This document shows, piece by piece, positions 30,271 to 39,679 of a stretch of 64,000 nucleotides of DNA (positions are counted from its first letter, which is position 1; every line of letters begins with the position of its first letter). The DNA comes from Patescibacteria group bacterium (GTDB taxonomy: Bacteria; Patescibacteriota; Microgenomatia; UBA8517), in assembly GCA_026416845.1 (NCBI GenBank), contig JAOAEL010000002.1, positions 111,422 through 175,421 of the forward strand. The letters are read 5' to 3'. The notes below the pieces were generated by a model that was not told where the DNA came from, made no database searches, and saw nothing but the letters and a program-made list of their open reading frames with translations. The position numbers and the translations under genes are program-made.

Positions 30271-31431
30271 CTATTTATTCTCTTCTACGCTTGATTTGGC
30301 AGTTAACCAAAACAAAACAACAAGTACCCCTGCGGCAAACACAATTCCCAACCAAGGCAAAAATTTATATCTTTCTGTTATTCTGCTATCAAGTAAGTCG
30401 CAAGCATCTCCCATACCATCCTCATCTGTATCAACTTGATTGGAATTGGCAACTTCAGCACAATTATCTTCGCTATTTACAACTCCATCCACATCAAAAT
30501 CTTCGCAAGCGTCACCTTTGCCATTCATATTAAGATCTTTTTGATCAGGATTATTGACAGATGGACAATTGTCGCCAGAATCAACTATACCATCACCATC
30601 AGCATCTAAAGGGCGATATTCTGGATTAGAAAAAGAAACTCCCAGTTGCATCACCTTCACATCCTGAGTCGAAGGAATGTTACCTAATTCACCACTAAAA
30701 GGAACTGAAATATACTTCTCCGAATCAAAATATATTTTATAATTGCGACCCGGTTGGGCCAAAAAACGCAGATAATTCACATTTGTAACACTTCCTTCTT
30801 GATTAAATTTTAATTCGGTAATGCGCAAAGGTTGACTGTAACCCAATCTAATAGTCCAAAATTTCGAGGAAACTTTTGGGAACAACACCTTTCCAGAAAC
30901 AAAAGCAGTTCGCGCCAATATGATTCTATTTTGTCCATCTACATCAGCAAATATTTCAATAGCGTGAGGCAAAGAAACATTCTCATCAAAAGTAAATACC
31001 AAAGAAGAAGCGGTAAATGGTTTATCAGAAATTGCGTTGATAACAACTTCTCCCAAACCAGATTGTGGTAATTCAAACGATTCATATGTAGCAGGATTAT
31101 TATCAGCAAGCTTATACAAAAAGGTGTTGCCTGATTTAAAACTTACAATCTCGATAATAGAACTGGTTTTTATTGAAAAGTAAGATGGAACTATAGTGTT
31201 TGAGGAAATATCCAAAACAGCTGGAGGATTATTCGCAACTGACAAATCTTCAAAAAGAACTTCCACCACAGTTGGAACATTTACCTCTGGTGACAATAAA
31301 GCATATTTGCGAAACGCAGAAAGTTCTGAATTAACTTCTTTAACTGGAATATCATCAAGAGCCAAAACCTGAAAAGGGAAAACAAAACAAAAAACAAACA
31401 AATATATTAGGATTGAAAACACTTGCTTCAT
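30271..31431 (-). CDS. exported, C-terminally anchored protein with thrombospondin type-3 repeats
   Basis: Signal peptide; DADGDGIVDSGDNCPSVNNPDQKD, DFDVDGVVNSEDNC, DTDEDGMGDACD; C-terminal TM. Confidence 0.9.
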   Translation of the reverse strand: MKQVFSILIYLFVFCFVFPFQVLALDDIPVKEVNSELSAFRKYALLSPEVNVPTVVEVLFEDLSVANNPPAVLDISSNTIVPSYFSIKTSSIIEIVSFKSGNTFLYKLADNNPATYESFELPQSGLGEVVINAISDKPFTASSLVFTFDENVSLPHAIEIFADVDGQNRIILARTAFVSGKVLFPKVSSKFWTIRLGYSQPLRITELKFNQEGSVTNVNYLRFLAQPGRNYKIYFDSEKYISVPFSGELGNIPSTQDVKVMQLGVSFSNPEYRPLDADGDGIVDSGDNCPSVNNPDQKDLNMNGKGDACEDFDVDGVVNSEDNCAEVANSNQVDTDEDGMGDACDLLDSRITERYKFLPWLGIVFAAGVLVVLFWLTAKSSVEENK

Positions 31432-33164
31432 ACATCAGCCTTCCTTTGTGGTCTACCTATAAAAGCAGTAGCAACAAGCAAAATTCCAATCAAGAAAAAT
31501 GTAACTATTCTTCTGGCAAGCGCCATACCCCACACATCAACAAGCAAAAGTCTCAACACAACTCCTCCTAAAGTAATTCCACCATAAATCAAAAACACTC
31601 GCGAGTCTGTAAACTTTCCATAAAAATATTTTACTAATCCGGCAAGCGTATAAAAGACAAGTGCAGTAGCTGTTGCGGTGTCATCATTTTCGATAATAGC
31701 ATGCAAACAAAGCCAAACAAGAATGTAAAAATATACGCTTCCTGCAATAATTAATGTCCTATAAACATACCTATTTTGATCACCCAATTGCAAAATAATC
31801 TGCCTTAATTTAAAACCTAAAATTATTAAGGAAATTCCCAAAACAGCAATTACAAAAAAGTGTCCATGAAGTATACCTTTTAACCATTCATTTGCGGTAA
31901 TGCTGGGCAAGGAAAGAAATCCGGGCGCTAAAAGCAATAGGCACAACATCTTTGTAGTTTTTAAATCTTTTGTGATTGAATAATTTGCCAGTGGAACAAG
32001 AGCCATTTGCACTGTTAACGCAAGCGTTAATGAATAACCATTTAATTCAGCGGATATTGCCGCTGTCAACATAGCAAGACCAACCGACGCCATAGCATAA
32101 AATGATTCTTTTTTCTGATTCTTTTTATAAACCAAAAACGCGCCCGTCAAAAACACAATCATCCACGAAGATATAATTAAACTTCTCCACTCAACTGGAG
32201 CAACACTCATTATCCAAGCCAAAAGAAGCAAACCATTTCCCACTGACAAAACTAGATCTGAACGCGAAATTTGGGCATTGGTTTTTAACAAACCTAGAGT
32301 TGAGAAAACAAAAAATATTGCCGCAAAAAAATAAGCATACAAAAGCAAAATATTCTTATCTGGTGTAAGTCGCAAAAAATGCGGAACGCTATAAATAGCA
32401 AAAACTAAAAGTGATGCCACCAAAACTCCACGAATTTTTGAGACCAATGATACCCAAATAGAACCAAATATCACCACCGCAAGATACGTGAAAAGTCCAA
32501 CATAATCTTTAACTGGAGAATTAACACACAAAGGCAAAGCCGAAGATAAAAAAACACTAACATAAGCTAACCAACGAATATTATGTCTAATACTTGAAAA
32601 AGCTATGAAAACACATGTTAAAAACATTACTAAAAGAGCGCTTGTTGGAGTAAAGAAATTGTAAATAACTCTTGCGGCATAAAGAGTCATAATGACTACC
32701 GCTGATCCCAAAACCATAAACACACTGCCTTGTTGCAAATATTTTTTCGATCTTAAAAATCCAAACAACAAAAGAGCAGATCCCACTAAAACTCCAAAAG
32801 TGATTCTCCCCATTGGGCCAATCCAGTTATTCAAAAACGCATAAGAAACAAACCAACCAAAACCAATCAAAATCAAAAGGGACCCTAATTTAAGCAACCA
32901 ATCTTCTTTAAGCCATTGAGTAAATTTGTCAATAAAAACATCTTCCTGAAAATGCGGTTTTCTAGATTCAAAAACAGAGAATGTTGAAGCGTTTTTATCA
33001 ACCAAAGGTTTTTTATCAAAAGAAACCTCTTTTGAAGTTGATTTATCGCGATTTAAAGATTCATTTGTAAAAACTTTTTCTTCAAGTTTTTTTATTCTTT
33101 CACCTAAACTAATAATGTAAAAGACAAAAGCTACAAATACTACAAACCAAACAAAGGCAAACAT
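31428..33164 (-). CDS. DUF2339-family polytopic membrane protein
   Basis: WLLKLGSLLILIGFGWFVSYAFLNNWIGPMGRI and C-terminal RLLLVDVW..RRIVTFFLIGILL; many TMs. Confidence 0.85.
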   Translation of the reverse strand: MFAFVWFVVFVAFVFYIISLGERIKKLEEKVFTNESLNRDKSTSKEVSFDKKPLVDKNASTFSVFESRKPHFQEDVFIDKFTQWLKEDWLLKLGSLLILIGFGWFVSYAFLNNWIGPMGRITFGVLVGSALLLFGFLRSKKYLQQGSVFMVLGSAVVIMTLYAARVIYNFFTPTSALLVMFLTCVFIAFSSIRHNIRWLAYVSVFLSSALPLCVNSPVKDYVGLFTYLAVVIFGSIWVSLVSKIRGVLVASLLVFAIYSVPHFLRLTPDKNILLLYAYFFAAIFFVFSTLGLLKTNAQISRSDLVLSVGNGLLLLAWIMSVAPVEWRSLIISSWMIVFLTGAFLVYKKNQKKESFYAMASVGLAMLTAAISAELNGYSLTLALTVQMALVPLANYSITKDLKTTKMLCLLLLAPGFLSLPSITANEWLKGILHGHFFVIAVLGISLIILGFKLRQIILQLGDQNRYVYRTLIIAGSVYFYILVWLCLHAIIENDDTATATALVFYTLAGLVKYFYGKFTDSRVFLIYGGITLGGVVLRLLLVDVWGMALARRIVTFFLIGILLVATAFIGRPQRKADV

Positions 33165-33223
33165 AAATTAACAAACCAAATTAGATGCAACTACACTAAA
33201 TTTTATTTAAATAAAATCCCAAG

Positions 33224-33308
33224 TGTCAAGGATAGGATTCGAACCTATGTAGCCCGTACGGGCGCCAGATTTACAGTCTGGTGCGTTTGACCGCTCCGCC
33301 ACCTTGAC
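33224..33308 (-). tRNA. tRNA-Tyr (GTA)
   Basis: Cloverleaf GTCAAGG...CCTTGAC, anticodon arm CCAGA-CTGTAAA-TCTGG, long variable arm, GTTCGAATC; CCA not encoded. Confidence 0.97.
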
Positions 33309-33367
33309 ATCAAACATTCAATTTGCCTTTTCCTTAGGCTAATTTGATCCAAAAAAAGGGAAATTTG

Positions 33368-33439
33368 AGCCGTCTCCGGGTATCGAACCCGGGACCCCCT
33401 GTTTACAAAACAGGTGCTCTACCGCTGAGCTAAGACGGC
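33368..33439 (-). tRNA. tRNA-Thr (TGT)
   Basis: GCCGTCT...AGACGGC acceptor, TAGCTCAGCGGTAGAGC D arm, CCTGT-TTTGTAA-ACAGG. Confidence 0.97.
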
Positions 33440-33527
33440 TTAATTACTCGCACTAGAATTCAACAAAGTTTGCACAAATCTAGTCTTAGATTATATCAAA
33501 GTTGGAAAATGCATTCATTAGTTTAAA

Positions 33528-34523
33528 TTAGTTCAAAGTTGCATCAGAAACTATTATGGGCTGTCCAACTTTTTCGATGTAAGTATTATACTCCTTAATC
33601 CCAACAATTTGAGTATTTTCAAAAACAATTTTGACAAGTTTTCCTTTTTTCGTCTTTTCACTCCACATTTGATCAAAAACAAAATTCCCTAGAGAATAAA
33701 ATACAGGTACTCCTGCAATTTCCTCATAATCCTGCACAACATGCGGATGATGTCCTATTATGACATCTGCTCCCAAGTCAACAATCTCTTTCGCCAAATC
33801 TTTTTGCCCGCTATTTGCATAATCCTGATACTCCACACCCCAATGCATAGACACAATCAATACATCAACTTTTATGTTTGCCTCTGATATTAATTCCTTC
33901 TCCGCTTGAGTTAAAACCGGCTTTGGGATTTGCGACTTGTCAAATCCCAAAAAACCAAATTTAACACCATTTGACACTATAATCTCTATCTCGCCAACTC
34001 CGGTGTATCTTATCCCAGTTTCGTCAAGAATCTTTCTAGTTTCTGCCAAACCTTTCGTGCCATAATTCATGGTATGATTGTTGGCAAGACTTACAACATC
34101 TATCCCTGCTTCTTTAATCGCTTTTGCAAAATCTGCCTTAGCGCAAAAAATAAAACCTGTATTATGAATAGGACAATCAGAAATTATAGGATTCTCCAAA
34201 TTGACAAAAGTAATATCAGCTGAAGATAAAAATTCTCTAGTCTTTAAGAATGGATAATGAACGCTACCATTATTCAATGCTTGAGTTTGCACGCTCCTTC
34301 CAATCATAACATCGCCAGCGAATATTAAAGTATTATAATTAATAATAGTTAGGTAACTTCGATTAATCTTAACAGGCAATAATTCTTCAGTTTCAATTTT
34401 ATAATTGCGAGAATTATCTAAAAAAGAAGCGGCAAAGAAAGATAAAAGGAATACAAAAAAAAGAAAAACAGACAAAAGAAGCTTAAACACAAAATTACTT
34501 ATACTGCTGCATAGCAAAAGCAA
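33528..34523 (-). CDS. CapA (PGA_cap) family metallophosphatase-fold membrane-anchored protein
   Basis: FAGDVM, VNLENP, SLANNHTMNYG, MHWGVEY, GHHPHVVQ, YSLGNFVFDQ; start uncertain. Confidence 0.93.
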   Translation of the reverse strand: MLLLCSSISNFVFKLLLSVFLFFVFLLSFFAASFLDNSRNYKIETEELLPVKINRSYLTIINYNTLIFAGDVMIGRSVQTQALNNGSVHYPFLKTREFLSSADITFVNLENPIISDCPIHNTGFIFCAKADFAKAIKEAGIDVVSLANNHTMNYGTKGLAETRKILDETGIRYTGVGEIEIIVSNGVKFGFLGFDKSQIPKPVLTQAEKELISEANIKVDVLIVSMHWGVEYQDYANSGQKDLAKEIVDLGADVIIGHHPHVVQDYEEIAGVPVFYSLGNFVFDQMWSEKTKKGKLVKIVFENTQIVGIKEYNTYIEKVGQPIIVSDATLN

Positions 34524-34650
34524 TTACACCTAAAAAAAACACTGAAAAAATGAAACAAATTATCAACGAATGTAAAAATGTATAATCTTTTTTAATTTTT
34601 TTTGCCATACATTCCTTAAATTTTTTTATTTACTTTTATTTACATTGAAA

Positions 34651-35574
34651 TTATAATGCTAACGCAACTGCAAAAACAAGAACTAAAATTCCAAATACCA
34701 CACCTAAAACAGTCGGCATTGAAATGCCAGCATCAGGCAATTGAGATTTAGTTGGAGTAAAAGTTGGATCTTGATTATTAGTTGAACTAGTAGGAGTCAC
34801 TGTAAAACTGGGCACAGGCGTACTTGTTTTTGAAACTTTTTTGGTAAGTGTAACTGATGAAGTACTAGTCAAAACTGGAGTCGAAGTCAAAGTTAGAGTT
34901 GGGATATTAGTAGGTGAAACTGGAGAAGGGGTCACTGTAGATGTCATGCTCAAAGTAGGTGTAGCAGTTTCACTAGGATTATTGCTGGAAGAAAGTATAG
35001 TATATGTTCCCTGCGATTGAGGAATAAGCAAAATATCTTGATTATCAATTCTTCTAGTAATAACACTTTCACTAGGATCAAACCTTAATACAAAAGGGTT
35101 ATTAGATGGAACTCTATTAACTCTAAACTGGATAGTAGCTAATTTAAAATCTGAATTTGTACTAAACCCAGAAGAACTAGTATTTGCACAAGCAATATCT
35201 ATCAAGACATTACCACCTTGTTGTGTTGCATTTTGAGTAGGACAAGTCCAATCACCAGTAGACAAAAATTCTTGATCTATTTGAATACTAGTAACACTCA
35301 CTTCAGGGAAAACCCCTGTAAAAGGATAAACTAGCTTTACAGCAATTCCTGAGATTGGTATGCCTGAGGTATTAAACTTTATTTCAGTAGAAATTGTATC
35401 TCCCACATTAAAATTTCCTGTAGCAGGAGTTATATACACATTTGCCTGTCCTCTACTTACAGCTGCTTTTTCACGCAAATCTTGTTGCTCTTGAAGCAAA
35501 TACAAACCAGCAGCAAAACCAGAGACAGCTACAACTATCATCAAAGTTACAACCACTATCTTTTTTACAGACAT
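34651..35574 (-). CDS. cell-surface protein: N-terminal TM, cohesin-like beta domain, S/T/P-rich linker, LPDAG plus C-terminal TM
   Basis: GNFNVGDTISTEIKFNT...LATIQFRV; TPT-rich stalk; QLPDAGISMPT then hydrophobic C-terminus. Confidence 0.8.
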   Translation of the reverse strand: MSVKKIVVVTLMIVVAVSGFAAGLYLLQEQQDLREKAAVSRGQANVYITPATGNFNVGDTISTEIKFNTSGIPISGIAVKLVYPFTGVFPEVSVTSIQIDQEFLSTGDWTCPTQNATQQGGNVLIDIACANTSSSGFSTNSDFKLATIQFRVNRVPSNNPFVLRFDPSESVITRRIDNQDILLIPQSQGTYTILSSSNNPSETATPTLSMTSTVTPSPVSPTNIPTLTLTSTPVLTSTSSVTLTKKVSKTSTPVPSFTVTPTSSTNNQDPTFTPTKSQLPDAGISMPTVLGVVFGILVLVFAVALAL

Positions 35575-35726
35575 AATAGGCAACCTACTTTGATTAAAAA
35601 GTACTAAAAAAAGTATTTCAAGTAGCAAATTAAACTAATAAGTTTTTAAAACTTACAAAATTGTAAAATAAATATTAGAATTAGAAGCTTAAGTTAAAGT
35701 ATTTTCAAATTAATACATAACAAAAA

Positions 35727-35798
35727 GCCTAAGTAGTTCAGTGGTAGAACGCTTTCTTGGTAAGAAAGAGGTCGCGGGTCCGATTCCCGCCTTAGGCT
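35727..35798 (+). tRNA. tRNA-Thr (GGT)
   Basis: GCCTAAG...CTTAGGC acceptor, CTTTC-TTGGTAA-GAAAG anticodon arm; T-loop reads TCCGATT. Confidence 0.95.
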
Positions 35799-36116
35799 CT
35801 AACAAAAAACTAAAATTCAATTCAATTACAAAGTTAACTAAATCATTTACCAAGAGACTAATAATGCATCTTGTTCATTTCTTACTTTACTTTAATTATT
35901 TAAATTATTTAGAAGTATTTAATTTATTAGAATCCTAGGTCTGAAGAAAAAATTTTAGTTATTAGTTATAAAATCCTTAGCTATTAACTATAAAAAAATG
36001 AATTGCAAGATAAAAATTTCAAGGTAGATTTAATTTTAAGATCTGATATACTAAAAAAGTAAAAATATATAATTCAAAACCTAAAATTTCATTTAATAAA
36101 CTCAAATTTTATTACC

Positions 36117-36290
36117 ATGAGTAAAAAAGGCGGCAGAGAAATAATAGGATTAGTTTGCTCTGAATGCAAATCACAAAACTACGTCACCCAGCGTAATAAG
36201 GTAAATATTCAAAAAAAACTGGAAATTAACAAATTTTGTAAAAGGTGTCGCAATATAAAGCTCCACAAAGAAGTTACAAAGCTAAAATAA
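36117..36290 (+). CDS. rpmG: 50S ribosomal protein L33 (zinc-binding), below the ORF-track cutoff
   Basis: Translated by hand: MSKKGGREIIGLVCSECKSQNYVTQRNKVNIQKKLEINKFCKRCRNIKLHKEVTKLK; between tRNA-Thr and tRNA-Trp. Confidence 0.96.
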   Translation: MSKKGGREIIGLVCSECKSQNYVTQRNKVNIQKKLEINKFCKRCRNIKLHKEVTKLK

Positions 36291-36712
36291 AACTTAAATT
36301 TAAATCAAGCTTCTATCTAAATCTAATCAGAATACCAAAATACCAACAATAAAATAAAAAGAAAAGTTTCAAATGCTAATACTCTACTATTTTTTTTAAT
36401 TCATACACAATTAACTTGTTTGTTACAAAAATAAGCTTGCCTGTCTGTCGTTCAAATCATCAAATACATATGAATAAAACAAAAAACACCAAAAACAATT
36501 TAGAAAATTTAGAGCAATTTATTAAAATTTTTTACCACAAATTGTTTAGTATAAAAAAATTTTAATTTGATATGTGTTATCCAATCACTAATTACTCTTT
36601 TTGGTTAGTAAAATTAATAAAACAAATAATAACATCAAACTCTAATGTATTATAATTGCAATATTATCAGCAAACTTTAAATTATTCTAAAAAATTTTAT
36701 TCAACTAAAAAT

Positions 36713-36783
36713 AGGGGTGTCGTTCAGTGGTAGGACAGCGGTCTCCAAAACCGCCAACGAGTGTTCGATTCACTCCACCCCTG
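36713..36783 (+). tRNA. tRNA-Trp (CCA)
   Basis: AGGGGTG...CACCCCT acceptor, GCGGT-CTCCAAA-ACCGC anticodon arm, GTTCGATT. Confidence 0.97.
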
Positions 36784-36855
36784 CAAATTTAGCAAAAAAC
36801 GAATTTTTCGTTTTTGAGATGAATTATCAGAAAAAAACTGATAAAATTAGTTGCT

Positions 36856-39174
36856 ATGACTACAGAATCAACTCCAAACCAACTATCCTTGATAAAAGCT
36901 CTAGAAAATTTCTATCCTCCAATTGATAAACACACACAAGCTCCCACTTGGCATGGGTCTCAAGAGGTAGATCAAGCTATGATTGAATTCTATCAACGTT
37001 TTAGTGATTTTCTTGAGTCTCTCCCTGAAGCTAAACCTAATACCCCAGATGTACAAAACAATGAAAACAATATCAAAGTCGTATTATCGCCACGTATAGT
37101 TAATGATCTCAATAATCCCAATGAGCGAAAATGGACCATTATACCAACTTATAAACTGCCAGATGGAACCACAATCTCGTTTTTCGCCCAAACTGATCAC
37201 CTAAGGCCCGAGATAACACTTCCCGGAGATGTCATACCAATGGGATATGGTCACGAAGCTAATCGGGATAACATGTTATATGTTTTGACACAGATTGAAT
37301 CACACCCTGAATGGAGGCTGTCTACCCCAACCCTTGATACAAGAGGTCTCGAAGAAATCTTTCTGAGACAAGCGCTAGAAAACAATCTAGATATCATCAA
37401 ACCAGAAAGCCTAGAATTAGAAAAAGCAATCAGCGCAATTCCCGCATCTGTAAAAGATCATCTGCAAATACCAGCTGATGTTAATGCGCAATTATATCCC
37501 TCGGAAAGCTATCTTTTGTATGCCCTCAGAAATCGTCCAAGAGAAGTCGAAAAACTTGTAACAATATCTTTGACAGAAATTTCCGAAGAAAATACAAAAG
37601 CCTTGCCAATAGGATACAAAAACTACGGGGTTCAAGTAATAACCTCAAGACAAGCGGATCAAGTTACCCTACCTCTTGACACAAGCCAAAAAAGCTCGTT
37701 TGAGATACTGTCAGAAATAATGGAAAGGGATTCAGGGGAATTAAATTTAATAATTACTCAAGAATTCTACGAAAGTTACCAAACTAGGATTTCAAAAGAG
37801 ATAGAAGAAATACTTAGATTTTTAGCTATGAGCATTGATGTAAGCGATGGTATAAGGCAAAAGGCAATAACTTTAATCAAGCAAATCAGATCAATCAGAA
37901 AACCAGATTTGCAAACATCTGGTGTACATTACAGGGGTCCTGTTTATGAAATAGAACAAAAAGCTTCACAGAAAGCCAGAAAAGATTTGGGGGTTGTTAT
38001 GCAAGTAAAAGCATTTTTTGAAGACCATAAAGAGTTAGAACCTTTAATGGTATCCGGGCAAAATACCACAGCAGTCAGAGTAACCAACTATCTTAATGAG
38101 ATCGTATCAATAATGACTGATTTAGAGAGACAAGAAGTATCGGATAATTTAAAAAATCTTTTGAAAGGAAAAACCGCCACAGGAAATTTGGCGCAAGAAA
38201 CACCAACTACAATAAAAATTGAAGATTTTAGCGGAGGTTTAATAGCTCCAAGCTATAAAAGTCTATCAGCAGAAATAGCTTGCGCCAGCCTCGAATTAGT
38301 AATTGATATAAAAAGTAGCCAACCACGCTATTACTTGAGAATAGGGAGTAAAAAAACAATAATAAACAATCAAAAAGCTCGCGAACTAGCCAAATCCAAA
38401 GGTCTTGAAGAATTAGCAGAAGCTCACTTTGACGGACTTTTTGCCACATTGCCAAACGGTGAAACAATTTTGCTACCAAATGGCAGTTATTACCTGAATC
38501 CTAAAACTGGTCTTGCAATTTATTCAGAAAATGTCACTAAAAGAAACAAAGAAGAAGATAAAAGACTAGTATCGGAAGAATTATTGAAACTAAATCCGTC
38601 GCTTGATGAAACTAAAAAAGCCCAAGCGGCAGAACTCATAGTTGCTCGTTCTTACCAAACAGTTTCAGCCAATCCAGAAAGAATGATCAAACTAATTCGC
38701 GATCTAGCAGAAATAATCAATCAGAAAACGCCAACAGCATACGAAGAAGTTGACTTTACAGAATTGGCTACAGCTTTTGTCCCATATCATTCAAATCAAG
38801 AGGGACTAAATGAAGAAAAATTTTCGCTCTTTTGCTCCCTTTTTGGCATTGACGAAAATGAAATTTCCACATGGTGCTTGAACGGGCAAGGAATAACCTT
38901 TCGTCTGTATAAAATCAAAGGCTCAGACAATATGTACCTTGGTGTATCAATGTTAAAAACTGACTCGCCTAATCGAAACAATGTCATAGCATATAGTTAT
39001 ATTCATGGAAAAGATCTGGAGGCTTTGGTTGCAAATTCCAAACAACAAATGATTGCTATAGGCGTGCCAGAAAGAGATATAGAAGAAAGAAACCCAGAAG
39101 AAACCATTGGCATATCTGATCCTAATAAAGGGTATACTCTCAGAGAAGCAATCCAATCGATATTTGGTAAATAA
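36856..39174 (+). CDS. large hypothetical soluble protein
   Basis: 772 aa uninterrupted ORF; no TM or motif recognised; TGnTAAAAT 8 nt upstream of ATG. Confidence 0.85.
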   Translation: MTTESTPNQLSLIKALENFYPPIDKHTQAPTWHGSQEVDQAMIEFYQRFSDFLESLPEAKPNTPDVQNNENNIKVVLSPRIVNDLNNPNERKWTIIPTYKLPDGTTISFFAQTDHLRPEITLPGDVIPMGYGHEANRDNMLYVLTQIESHPEWRLSTPTLDTRGLEEIFLRQALENNLDIIKPESLELEKAISAIPASVKDHLQIPADVNAQLYPSESYLLYALRNRPREVEKLVTISLTEISEENTKALPIGYKNYGVQVITSRQADQVTLPLDTSQKSSFEILSEIMERDSGELNLIITQEFYESYQTRISKEIEEILRFLAMSIDVSDGIRQKAITLIKQIRSIRKPDLQTSGVHYRGPVYEIEQKASQKARKDLGVVMQVKAFFEDHKELEPLMVSGQNTTAVRVTNYLNEIVSIMTDLERQEVSDNLKNLLKGKTATGNLAQETPTTIKIEDFSGGLIAPSYKSLSAEIACASLELVIDIKSSQPRYYLRIGSKKTIINNQKARELAKSKGLEELAEAHFDGLFATLPNGETILLPNGSYYLNPKTGLAIYSENVTKRNKEEDKRLVSEELLKLNPSLDETKKAQAAELIVARSYQTVSANPERMIKLIRDLAEIINQKTPTAYEEVDFTELATAFVPYHSNQEGLNEEKFSLFCSLFGIDENEISTWCLNGQGITFRLYKIKGSDNMYLGVSMLKTDSPNRNNVIAYSYIHGKDLEALVANSKQQMIAIGVPERDIEERNPEETIGISDPNKGYTLREAIQSIFGK

Positions 39175-39203
39175 AGATCATCTTACAAAAGTCAGGTGGT
39201 GGC

Positions 39204-39229
39204 AAGGTATATCCCTAAGGTATATCCCT
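39204..39229. repeat. 13-bp perfect tandem duplication
   Basis: AAGGTATATCCCT x2. Confidence 0.9.
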
Positions 39230-39400
39230 AAAGATTTTGTATTTACAGAGAACAAGAAGCAGTTCACGATGGATACTGAAAAGTGGTAATCCATAAAAAA
39301 AATTTATGCAAAAAGTCAAATCTTCACCATTCTAAAATAATATTCCTCTTACTAGCTCCAATCCAATTTCCCTTTTGGTTTTTTTGTATATCAATCTCTG

Positions 39401-39679
39401 TTTAAAGAGACATTAACGTCAAAAAATTATGTTTTTAATAATGGCAAAGATTTGCTTTTAGGATTTAACGATCCTCACGCGGGATATTTTAAAATTATTA
39501 TCAAAAAAGAAAATTGGGATAATTTTGGAAGTGATTTTGGCTCGGAAATTGGAAGAAATAAAGAGAGTTTATACAAAGAAGGAGATAATGTAACGGCAAA
39601 CGGGAAAATACAATGGTATCAAGGAGATCCTGTTATATACGTCTCTAATCCATCACAAATAAAAATTAAAAACAACTAA
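39401..39679 (+). pseudogene. 5'-truncated remnant with OB-fold-like C-terminal domain
   Basis: KNYVFNNGKDLLLGFNDPHAGYFKIIIKKENWDNF...GDNVTANGKIQWYQGDPVIYVSNPSQI; no ATG start in frame. Confidence 0.5.

Noticed and set aside
33528-34523. CapA gene as part of the RimK glutamylation system
   Set aside because: About 24 kb away, no capB/capC, and stand-alone CapA-domain proteins are widespread
34750-34990. Repetitive-looking DNA as a tandem array or CRISPR
   Set aside because: Degenerate codons of the Thr/Pro/Ser linker; no fixed-length repeat-spacer structure here or elsewhere in the window
35741-35938. 65 aa ORF in the track
   Set aside because: Starts inside tRNA-Thr(GGT); spurious
35800-36710. 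Very AT-rich spacers around rpmG as possible oriC or ncRNA
   Set aside because: No clustered DnaA boxes (only weak matches), no dnaA nearby, no convincing structure
36717-36926. 69 aa ORF in the track
   Set aside because: Starts inside tRNA-Trp and overlaps the 772 aa gene out of frame
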